Below, piece after piece: positions 53,512-64,000 of a DNA stretch of 64,000 nucleotides. Under the pieces are notes generated by a model. That model was not told the origin of the DNA, made no database searches, and saw only the letters and a program-made list of their open reading frames with translations. Location: assembly GCF_006345805.1 (NCBI RefSeq), contig NC_042999.1:61194001-61258000 (forward strand), written 5' to 3'. This stretch comes from Octopus sinensis (lineage: Eukaryota). A program made the translations under genes and the position numbers. Numbering within the stretch: the first letter of the stretch is position 1; each line of letters opens with the position of its first letter.

Positions 53512-56500
53512 AATGTCGCTTTGGTCCACCGTTTCAACTTTGAACCAAGACCCCGCCGAGCCAACCTCACTCGGGCCGAATCCATTGCCCTTCGCCACCT
53601 CCCGCCGACGTACGTAATGACATTGTCATCAAACCGGCGGACAAAGCGGGGCAGTGGTGTGTAGTGTGGCGCGCGGACTATACAGGGAGGAAGCGCTCAA
53701 CCAGCTTCAAAATCCCTCTTCTATCGCCTCCTCCCCTCGATCCCACCTCCTCCTACCAACAGCGAGTGTCCTCCACCATCCGCGACCTCATCTCCTTCTC
53801 CGCTCTCCCCCCCACCGCCACCAACCTCATCGTCCGCAGACCCCGCACCTCCACCATCTACTCCTTCCCAAGATCCATAAACCCTCTAATCCTGGCCGTC
53901 CCATAGTCTCTGCCTGTAATTGCCCCACTGAACTCATCTCCCTATACCTCGACCGCATCCTGTCCCCCTTAGTCGCAGCCCTCCATCCCACATACACGAC
54001 ACCAACCACGCCCTCAGTCTCTCAATTCCTTTTCCTTCCCTTCCAGCCCCTCACACCTCCTCTTCACTTTAGATGTAAAATCCCTGTACACAGTGATTCC
54101 CCACAATGACGGTCTCCTAGCTCTCAACACTTCCTCGACCGTCGTCCCGACCCACCCCCAGCACCCCATCCCCAGCACCCCCACCCTTCTCCGTTTGGCT
54201 GAGCTCGTCCTCACCCTCAATTGCTTCACGTGTTCGGCCGGGGAAACGTACCAATAGAGGTCCGGGGTCGCGATGGGAACTAGGATGGCCCCAATTTCGC
54301 AATCTCTTTCTTGGCTACATTGAGGCCCAAGTGTTCTCCCAGTTCTCTGGCCCGACCCCCGAACTATACGGTCGCTATATCGACGACTGCGTAGGTGCCA
54401 CCCCTTTTCCCGTGAACTTCTCTGCCAATTCATCTCTTTCCTTTCCAACTTTCACCCCTCTCTTCAATTCACCTCCACCATCTCCAACACCTCTGTCAAC
54501 TTCCGTGACATCTCTCTCCGCATCGATCACCCCTCCCAACTCTCTCACCACCACCGCCTTCTTTAAACCTACGGATTCCCACCTCTATCTCAACTTCTCT
54601 TCCTCCCACCCCTTCCACACCAAACGAGCCATCCTACTCCCAGTTCCTCTGCCTCCGACGTTTGTGCAGCCGCGACCAGGATTTCGAGACCCAATCTCAA
54701 TACCTGGCCCGCATGTTCAGACTCCGAGGTTACCCACCCATACTCCTCTCTGATGCCCTCACCCGCGCCGTCGCATCGACCGCACTACGCCCTGTCTCCT
54801 TCCCCCCGCCCACCCCCCCCCCCCCAACCGCACCCCTCCCCCCTCCGTTTCCACCCCTCTACCCTACTCCTTCGTCGCAAGATACTACGTGCCTTCCGTC
54901 GCCTCCAGCTTGATCCCACCACCCGCCCCATTTTCCCTAACCCACCCCTGTCCTCCTTCAAACGAGCCCGCAATCTGCGTGACCTCCTGGTCCACAGCAC
55001 CCTCTCTCCTTCCCCCTCAGCCCCACACGGATCATTCCCTTGCTCTAGATCCCGGTGCAACACTTGCCCCTTCATCACCAACACCACCGCTGTCACCGGC
55101 TCCAACCAGCATACTGTACGCATTAGGCACTCTTTTACGTGCACCTCGTCTGGCCTTATTTACTGCATTAAATGCAACCTATGCGGGATGCTGTATGTAG
55201 GACAGACGGGACGCCGGTTGTCCGACCGATTCACAGAACATTTGAGGGACGTTCGCCTACACTCTTTTTCCCGTCGCACGCCACTTCCGCTCGGCCGGCA
55301 TTCCCTAGATGACATCTCAGTGTTGGTCTCGCCCCCCACAATGGTCGACCACTTTCAGGCTCCACTGGAGCAACGCTACATCTTCACCCTACAAACTACT
55401 ACCCCACGCGGACTTAACACAGCCCCCTCCTCTTGAGGTCCGCTTCTTCTTTTTTTTTTTCCCCGGATACACCACCCACACACACACACCTACCTACCTC
55501 CCACACGCCTGTTCACACACACATACGTAGACCCATCTACGTACATACATTCACACATTTAATCACACACACTTATAGACATACATGCACACACTAACAT
55601 ACAAACCAACATGCACATACACACACACATACATACATACACACACACATACATACTTACACACACACACGCACACACAGACATACATACACACATACAT
55701 ACACACATACATACGCACATACATACACACACACTCACACACACACACCGCACGTACATACTTCACACACACACACATGCACACATACATGTAGGCACAC
55801 ACATACATACCCCCCTCTTTTCTGCTTTCCTGTTTTGGCTGATGGATCCTCGGTTCCCGCGTAGCGGGTCGTTCGAGGGCCTTTGCGCTCGCGCGCCTTG
55901 GCGCGCGCTGGGGGCTTGGTCGGCCCCATGGGCTTGCGTTGTATTGCTTGTGTGTTGTGTGCGTGAGCGCGCTTCGTGTGTGTGTGCTTGCTTCGGATGT
56001 GCGCGTGCGTATGTATGCATACATATCCACACACTCGCATGCATCCCTAGCCACATACATACACGCACACCTACTCACACACACACACATACACACACAC
56101 ACACATACCCGCACACACACACATACATACATACACACACATACCTACTTCAGACATACACACTCACAGACATACACCCATACACACACTCACACGCATA
56201 CACACACACACATACACACGCACACGTACACATACACACACACACACCCCTACATACATACATTACACTTGTACACACACACACTTACATTCATACACAC
56301 ACACCTACCTACACACATACACACACGCACACGCACACACTCACACATACACACACATCTGTTGCGTTACCAACCCTGTCTCCACTCTTTTGGCTTTAAA
56401 AACCTACTTTGCTCTTGTTATCGTAAACTTCCGCCTTTCACCATGTGTACTTCGTAAACACCAGTCGTTTTTTTCTCCATCTCCTGTTGCCCACTTTGGG

Positions 56501-56640
56501 ATCTTCTTTCCTCTCTCTCTTTCTTTATGTTTCCGACGAAGAGAGCTCCGCTCGAAACGTCATACCTCCTGCTTCCATATTTCCTGAGCGCCTATTAATA
56601 TAATATGTAATTGTAATTGTGTTTGTTTGTTTTGTTTTGT
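53512..56640 (+). mobile_element. GC-rich 5'-truncated Penelope-like retroelement: RT, GIY-YIG, CA-rich tail and terminal repeat
   Basis: IVIKPADK, LPKIHKPSNPGRPIVS, LDVKSLYT, GVAMGTRMAP, RYIDD, FTCTSSGLIYCIKCNLCGMLYVGQTGRRLSDRFTEH; frameshifted; ORF ends at 55436; hammerhead-like motif at 56530-56565. Confidence 0.92.
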
Positions 56641-56662
56641 TGTATTATTATATATATATATA

Positions 56663-56800
<138 letters not shown>

Positions 56801-56859
56801 TATATACATACATATATGTACATACTTACATATATATGTATATATACATGCATATATGG

Positions 56860-57470
56860 GTACAAGACGTCATAAAACGTAAACAACATGAAATGCGAAA
56901 TACGAAAGCATGAAATTCGAAGACAAACATTTGAATACATACAACGAAAGAAACAAATGGAAAACAAGACAAGTAACATAAAGAACGACCCTTCATAAGT
57001 TGTGAGCTCTTTATCTATTCCACATTTTGAGCAATTCGCGACAATATGTCTCTTCCAGAAAACAGTTGCGAACCAAAATAAAATTTGGGATTGGCGGAGG
57101 GTCAAAGTTGGCATCAAAAACAGTACAATGCAAACAAAGAGTGAGGGCCGCTAGCCCATACGAGGTAAGGCGGTGAACGCTGGAAAAACAATCTTTCACA
57201 GGGGAAAAGATAGGAGAGTAGACAGACAAGAATGCGGCTTGTCTTTGACACAGACAGAAAGAAGGGAAGATGATGACGTGGGGAAAAGAAAGATGGACGA
57301 TGGTCACGTGTGAGCAACAAGAGAGTTAAAGAGGAAGAAGGAGAGAGGGAGGGGGACCAATAGATAACGGTGAAGGGGAGAAAAAAGAATTTGAGAAAGG
57401 AAGAGAAAACGAAAAGAGTGAGAGAGAAAGTACCAGGCAGAGTCACATCAAATTTATTAAGATAAAGTTA
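56860..57470 (-). mobile_element. Probable PLE-type 3' tail
   Basis: Pyrimidine-rich minus strand with a degenerate CUG(G)AAGA-GACA/UGUC-GAA motif near 57030-57062. Confidence 0.4.
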
Positions 57471-57548
57471 CTTGGAAGTGGTCTCCACGATTATGATTAT
57501 GTGTGTGTGTGTGTGTGTGTGTGAGTTTGTATCTATGTACATTTAATT

Positions 57549-57778
57549 ATTTCTTTACTACCCACAAGGGGCTAAACACAGAGAGGACAAAAAAGGACAG
57601 ACAAAGGGATTAAGTCGATTACATCGACCCCAGTGCGTAACTGGTACTTCATTTATCGACCCCGAAAGGATGAAAGGCAAAGTCGACCTCGACGGAATTC
57701 GAACTCAGAACGTAACGGCAAGCGAAATATCGCTGAGCATTTCGCCCGGCGTGCTAACGTTTCTGCCAGCTCGCCACC
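57549..57778 (-). mobile_element. SINE S1, full length
   Basis: Reverse complement of 52731-52960; tatgtacatttaat repeated at 57534 and 57787. Confidence 0.9.
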
Positions 57779-58579
57779 TTACACGTATGTACATTTAATG
57801 TGTAGCGAGTGTTATAAGTGTACATACAAATGCTATGCATGTCTGTACGTATGTGTGTTTTCAAGGAATGTGAAAGACAGGAGTAAACAGGAGATAGAGG
57901 GAGGTCCGTCGATATACATCCCTCCATACATACCTATATACATCCTTACATAAAAGCAATTACATATTTGTAGTATTTGTCTCTTAATTTAATTTATCTC
58001 CCCGCAAGACAGGGGAGAATGGATTTCTCTATTTAAAAGGTGAGAAGCAACAAACACACGTCGAACAACGTTACGATAACTGAAAAGTGAAGTTATTCAC
58101 CAATTTGATAACAAATGAATTAATACATTTCTTTCGTTTCTACATACTGCCATTCCTCCATTCTCATTATTCCTTTATATCCCATTTCCCCAAACCAACT
58201 CACTTTGACTGATGTCATATCTAAGATAGCGGGTTCTATCGAATATTTTTAGGATATGCATTACATTTCCTATCTCAATGTTTCATTTCATTTCTAGCTT
58301 CCATTCTCTTTTCTTAGCCATCATTATTCACAATTCTCAGCTGAATAATATAGCATCGAATTCCATTAGGAAAATGACGGAATCCAAACGCCACTTACTG
58401 ACGAACTTTTAGGAACATTTATAGTGTCTCTGCATCAATTATATTCTACAAAGGAGTTTAATAACGTTCTCATCGCGTCTTTTTCTTTTGGTTTCTCTTT
58501 AATTTACTCACAATTCACTTTCTATTGTTTCTACTATTCTCTCAGCTTCGCTCTTCCCCTTCGTTGCATAACTATATAG

Positions 58580-58623
<44 letters not shown>

Positions 58624-58730
58624 TATATATATAATATATATATATGCAGATATCAGTCTCTTTCTCTCTTTCATTTTTCAATATTTCTCACTCTGAGTCT
58701 CTCTCTCTGTATATCAATATATATATATAT

Positions 58731-58770
<40 letters not shown>

Positions 58771-59594
58771 GTAAGTAAGCGAACAGACACACACAGAGAT
58801 TGATAATTATAATGTGGATAATATCTATCTATCTATGAGAGACAAGAGGTAGAGAGATGGGGTACAGATTTATGTACGCATACACTTATATAAATACACA
58901 AACACCAACCGGCATATAGACATGTATATTTAGTAATGGTGAGTAAGCCAATGCGCTTTGCATAATGCAAATGAACATGTACGACATACTAAACTGAGAT
59001 CCGAAAATAGGAGCTGAAAAACAAAGAAAAAATCTGAAAGCAGTAGAAATGCACGAAGGATTATTGTAGTGCCATGGAGTAAACATGCTTCAGATACACT
59101 CGTTTATTTATACAAACGCAACTGACGTGAAATATGTCATAAATAACAGTGACAAACGAAATATACACCGCCGGAGTTTGTTGTTGACAAACAACAGCAG
59201 TAATTTTATTCAGCTGAATACACGTCATTAATTGGTTAAAATTACCGAAATACGACAACTTTAACACGAAATAACTTTGAAAATACACACTTTTCTCAAC
59301 AACACTAAGAGTAAAAGATGTTTTATATGACACATTCTACCAGTGACCGAAGTGTGAAAGTGTTTAGTTACAAAAAATTAATTTCTTGATCTTGTGTTCA
59401 AAGGGTAAATATCCGTAAACTGTGTCTTAGTTGTAATAATTTTAGTTGTGACAATGTTACCCACTGCAGCAGTGAGCGATAAACTAAACGGACAAATGAA
59501 AACAAACGTCATTACAATACCTCAGGGATCAGAAAAGATTTAATTTAAGAAAAGAGACTAAATTTGTTTGCAGTATGCCGTCTGTAACGCATAC

Positions 59595-59741
59595 CTGTTA
59601 TGTATTGGACCCATAAAGAAGCTAACGTCGAGGTAAGTTAAAGTACCCGGACACCGAGTTCTTTCCGGTTGCTCCGCTAGTTTCGTGTATGTTGGGTTGA
59701 TTCTATCAATTGCATACAAGGCCGAAAAATCTTTAGCATTC
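59595..59741 (-). CDS. Candidate 147-nt exon A, NAKDFSALYAIDRINPTYTKLAEQPERTRCPGTLTYLDVSFFMGPIHN
   Basis: TACTAAC branch-type motif about 30 nt before acceptor tctttgtctaaag|; donor CAG|gtatgc; phase 2-2; in-frame TAA immediately before the acceptor. Confidence 0.55.
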
Positions 59742-60164
59742 CTTTAGACAAAGACTCGGCGAGATACGAGTTAGTAAGTGAAAGAGATTGCGGCCTACCT
59801 CACTGGCTCTTCAGATAATAAATCCGAAGTGTAGCAATGGTTAGTGGAAGGACAATCTCTACGCTAGAGGTGCACTCACATTGCATCAGTCTTGTCATGG
59901 AAAGTGATCAAAGCTGTAGAAGTATGAAATTAATTATGTAACAACACTATCTCCAATTACAGTGTTTGTAAAAAAAAAAATTGTTATTTTCATATGGCTC
60001 TTTCCAACTATAATACACTTGCTTTACAAACAACAATTTAAACTCTACTCTCCGTATTATTTTTTTCTATGTGAAAGGTTTAGATTTTAATGTTTAACTT
60101 TCAGCGATTAACAATATAGATATAATTTAATGTTATAATAGAGCATAAACAGACATGCATAACA

Positions 60165-60365
60165 TATAGGGAGAGTTTGCAAAAAAAAAACAAAAGACGA
60201 AGACAGGTGGTGTACAAAACAAACAGATGTATTAGTATAATACACGGGAAGTGAAAAAGTCTTTAACGTTTCGAGCCTACGCTCTTCTACAGAAAGGGAC
60301 ACAGAAAAATCAAGGAGAGAAACAAAGAGAGGAAAAAATGTGAGTAGTGGCTAACGATCTATCAT
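60165..60365 (-). mobile_element. Solo PLE-type terminal repeat with hammerhead-like fold
   Basis: CUUU-CUGUAGA-A-GAGC(GUAG)GCUC-GAAA-CGUU-AAAG; family shared with 8484-8668. Confidence 0.65.
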
Positions 60366-60379
60366 ATTGCATATAGTCG

Positions 60380-61100
60380 TGCATCTCATCACACCTCTTT
60401 GCCCACTTAACCTTGGAAGAGTCATAGGGATGGCCTTCTCAAGCACAGCGTGCTTATGTTCCTGTCAAAAGCAACTGTCTGCAATTGGTTTGGCTGGAAC
60501 CTCAAGCAAGTCTAACTTAGCTATACAAACATCCTGCTTGTTGTCTTCTCCTAGCTCACCTGTTGGTTGAATTTGCGCGTATAACTTGCCCAGTGACTAT
60601 TTTCCGAGACATTCTTACCACATCTCTATTGCATCGGAGCTTTGATCTCTTCATTTCGAGAACTAGCAGCTCTAACTGGAGTGCCTCTCTGATCTACGGG
60701 CTAAAGTAGTGGATCTAACTGCAGTGCCTCTGATCTCCCAGCTAAAGTAGTGGCTCTAACTGCATCGCCTCTGAGGTCTCCGAGTTATGCACCCTATCGA
60801 GTAACGTTACTCCAAATACTTCTTAATAATTACCCAGAAATTTTGATCACAGATAAGGGTAGGTACGATCACCGATTTGAAGATAACAAGTCTGGCTTTT
60901 ACACTACCCTTCCGCCCTTTTGATAACCGAATGTTGATGCTGGTGCATTACTGCACCAGCTCCAGCAATTCTTCCACTTAATTCAGCCTCCTGTCTGACA
61001 TCAGTACTAAGAACTGCTTCGTGATATTTGACTTTCTCCTCCTGCATCAGTTGAAATCTACTCAAATGTAGAGTGAATTGTGCAGGTTTCTTTCAGAGGA
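60380..61100 (-). mobile_element. Decayed RTE-clade LINE 3' region
   Basis: VLSTDVRQEAELSGRIAGAGAVM, VKARLVIFKSVIVPTL, LLDRVHNSE, IREALQLELLVLEMKRSKLR; internal duplication of about 41 bp at 60672-60780. Confidence 0.75.
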
Positions 61101-61720
61101 CGAGTGTCTCAGTAGTTGCAGTAGAAAACTCGCAAACACAAAGCAAATATTAATTCCTGTAAAGGACTCGCAGGGACACAAATCCACGATATTTAGATCA
61201 AGTGTCCAGACGTTTTCCATGCATAAGCAATTTCCTTGTGACCCCATTGTCAAGGAATAGCCGTAGGTTCCTGTGAATAAGCAAGCAAAGAAGAAGGGCA
61301 AATACGTTCACTGTTGTAATTACCCGAAATATTTATAATATAAATTTCATATATGAGCAGCCCTTCTTTAGTAACTAAGACTAAAATACAATTTAAAGTC
61401 ATTTGAAAGCCAAAAGCTTATATATTGGTTATTTAAATATAAGATACAAAGCTATTAGAAAAATATCCATTCTCCTAAAAGATTGGCGATGAGATTCAAG
61501 AAAATGTGGTAAAATGAAGTTTAGAATGGTAGGGAATGTATGTATGCATATATGCATGTACACACACAAACACTTATGTATATATGCATATATATACATA
61601 TATATACATATATATACATGCATACATATATAATTATATATATATATATATATATAATTATATATATAATTATATATATATATATATACATATACATTTA
61701 TATATATACATATACATACA

Positions 61721-61784
<64 letters not shown>

Positions 61785-61911
61785 CATATATATATGCATA
61801 TGGTTATGTCTATATATGTCACATAAATAATCTCGCAACCAGAGCACTTGACATTTACGTATATATACATGTGTGTGTGTTTGTGTGTGTGTGTGTATGT
61901 GTGTGTGTGTG

Positions 61912-61944
<33 letters not shown>

Positions 61945-62789
61945 TGTGTCTTTAAATACACTATTTGCAGAAAGAGAGAGAGGGACTTATTTATTTATAT
62001 GTATATATACATAAACATACCTATTAGTTAGCCTGTATGTATGTATATGTTCTTCGGACATCATATAATGTTCCTAGAGACCTGGAATACTTAAAAATAA
62101 ATCTTCGTGTGCAGCTGTCTTTAGCAGATGGCAGGACTCGAGGGAGACAGTAAACTAAGTTGATACATAAAGCAAATACAAAAAAACGCCACATATCTTA
62201 AAAGCGAAAGACATCCTTGATCCAGCTGTGATCCCCTTTCAAGAAAAAAATTCAGATGGCGTTAATCCACATTCAACTATATCAATGCTCAGAAAAAAGA
62301 ATTTGTTTTCATAAAGCAGCGGGTAAAAGATCCGCTCGAAGAAATATTATTGTTATATTTGGGTGGTGGGTAATTATGTATTGGATCATTATAAAAAGAT
62401 GATTTCTTTATTTGGGTTATATATGCGTTCTATTAGTAATGTGTTAGGGAAAAGTACTATGACCTAAACATCTTATATATAGAGAGCGATAGGAGATTGC
62501 AGCTTTTTAAGGCAGTATATAGCATACGTAAAGATATCACAGATCGGCCTGTATGGCAGTATAAGATACTCCATTATGTGATTTGCCTGCGTATAAAATC
62601 AGCTTTCGTTCTAAAATAAACGGGTTTTCTTTCATCCTCTGATTACGAAGACATTAATGTATCTATTTATTAGGTATGTTTGATTTTTAAACATATGGAT
62701 CTGGTTTATACACACACACACGCGCGCGCACACCCCCACCCACACACGCACACACACGCACACACAAACACACACACATATATACAGCA

Positions 62790-62950
62790 CAGATGTGGCT
62801 ATGTGGTAAGAAGCTCGTTTCTCAAATTCATGATTCAGATTCAGCCCCACTGCCCAAGACCCTGGATAAGTGTCTGCTACTATAGCCTCGGACCGACCAA
62901 AGCCTGGTGAATAGATTTTGTAGACGGAAGATAAAAGAAGCCTGTTGCAT
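62790..62950 (+). mobile_element. SINE S4 head
   Basis: gtggctatgtggtaagaagc...ctactatagcctcggaccgaccaaagcc. Confidence 0.65.
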
Positions 62951-62955
62951 ACATA

Positions 62956-63690
62956 CAGGGTGCATAAGATATTTGCAGAGAAATGCTACTTGATATTGGT
63001 GATACGTTTCCATCTTCAGTCTCTACCTCATTACAAACTTCGTAGACGAAGGATCTGGCAACTTTTAAACTTGAGATATTTCTAAAAAAAACAAAAAAAC
63101 AAACAGATATATCATAACAGATAATAACTTTATCAAATAATACTATGAGGATAAAAATAAACCTTCTTTTCTATTATGTTATTCAATAAAGCCATCTTCA
63201 GCTTCAACAGTTGTGTCTATATAAGATCTAGATCAACTACATGCTTGAATTAAGTGATCCTAGTACATTTTAGACATTACTCTGGATATAGCAGCTTTCA
63301 AAGAGCCTTTGGTTTTATGGGCGTGTTCATTGACCTCTCTCTTAACAACGCTCCACATGTAATAGTCCAATCGATTGAGATCTGGGGAATTAGGAGGCTA
63401 AATGTTAGGAGCTATGTGACCATGAACATTTTCAGCCATCCATTCCTATGTTACTAGAGCCATGTGTGATAGTGCAGAATCTTATTGAAACACATATGGC
63501 CTTCCATTGCATACACTGTCTACCCAGGACTTAACAATTGTTTCCAGGGCCTCAATGTAGGCGGCAGAGTTAACTCTAAGGTCTTATGGAAAGAAGTAAG
63601 GAGGCACCACATGTCCTTCATTGCTGACAACCCCTACAACCATGACAGTTGCAGGAAATTTTATTACTCCACAACTCATAGTATTCACTC
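62956..63690 (-). mobile_element. Tc1/mariner DD37D (maT-like) transposase pseudogene with one TIR
   Basis: VMVVGVVSNEG..YVFQ*DSALSH..PPNSPDLNRLDYYMWS; 37 residues between the second and third catalytic D; TA|cagggtg end; stop at 63179. Confidence 0.85.
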
Positions 63691-64000
63691 CGAAAAAGAC
63701 ACACAATGCACATACACACAACACACCTGAACACAGACAATATACATACGCACACATCACGCATAAACACATACACTTTCATACATAAAGATACACAATA
63801 CACATGCAAAATCTAGGATCACATACACACACTCACTCGTGCACTAAGACACATACATATTTCATGCACTGACACACATACACAGACACACACACAAGCA
63901 CACGCAGGCACACGTGCACACACCACTCGATCAACGATATAGACAAGCGTAGGCACACAAACACACACACAATAACCTCGCACGCTTACTATACACAGCA

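Noticed and set aside
55803-56010. GC-rich patch inside the CA-rich PLE tail, within a 262-aa His/Thr ORF
   Set aside because: Looks like low-quality or misassembled sequence; the ORF is a microsatellite translation.
60558-60615. Minus-strand ATG exon MSRKIVTGQVIRANSTN with CAG|gtgagc donor
   Set aside because: It lies within the decayed RTE LINE reading frame.

Overview
Eukaryotic, AT-rich, repeat-dominated DNA with long (TA)n, (CA)n, (TAGA)n and (TAA)n tracts. The SINE families and overall texture look like a coleoid cephalopod, probably Octopus (recognition from memory, not a database result). Most ORF-track entries are microsatellite translations (YI/CV/HT runs) and are not genes. Recognisable content: four tRNA-headed SINE families, an RTE-type non-autonomous element, several Penelope-like element (PLE) remnants and solo terminal repeats, R4/Dong and RTE LINE fragments, mariner and maT DNA transposon remnants, and Helitron-like elements. 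Two things stand out. First, PLE termini carry minimal type I hammerhead ribozyme folds that between them show all four Watson-Crick combinations at the core 3:8 pair. Second, there is a candidate minus-strand multi-exon gene spanning about 59.5 kb (59741 to 248), of unrecognised family. It has a run of symmetric phase-2 exons, an internal 5' splice site buried in a perfect 12-bp hairpin, and a GPI-signal-like C-terminus. The gene model was assembled by hand from splice signals and phase compatibility and needs RNA-seq confirmation.
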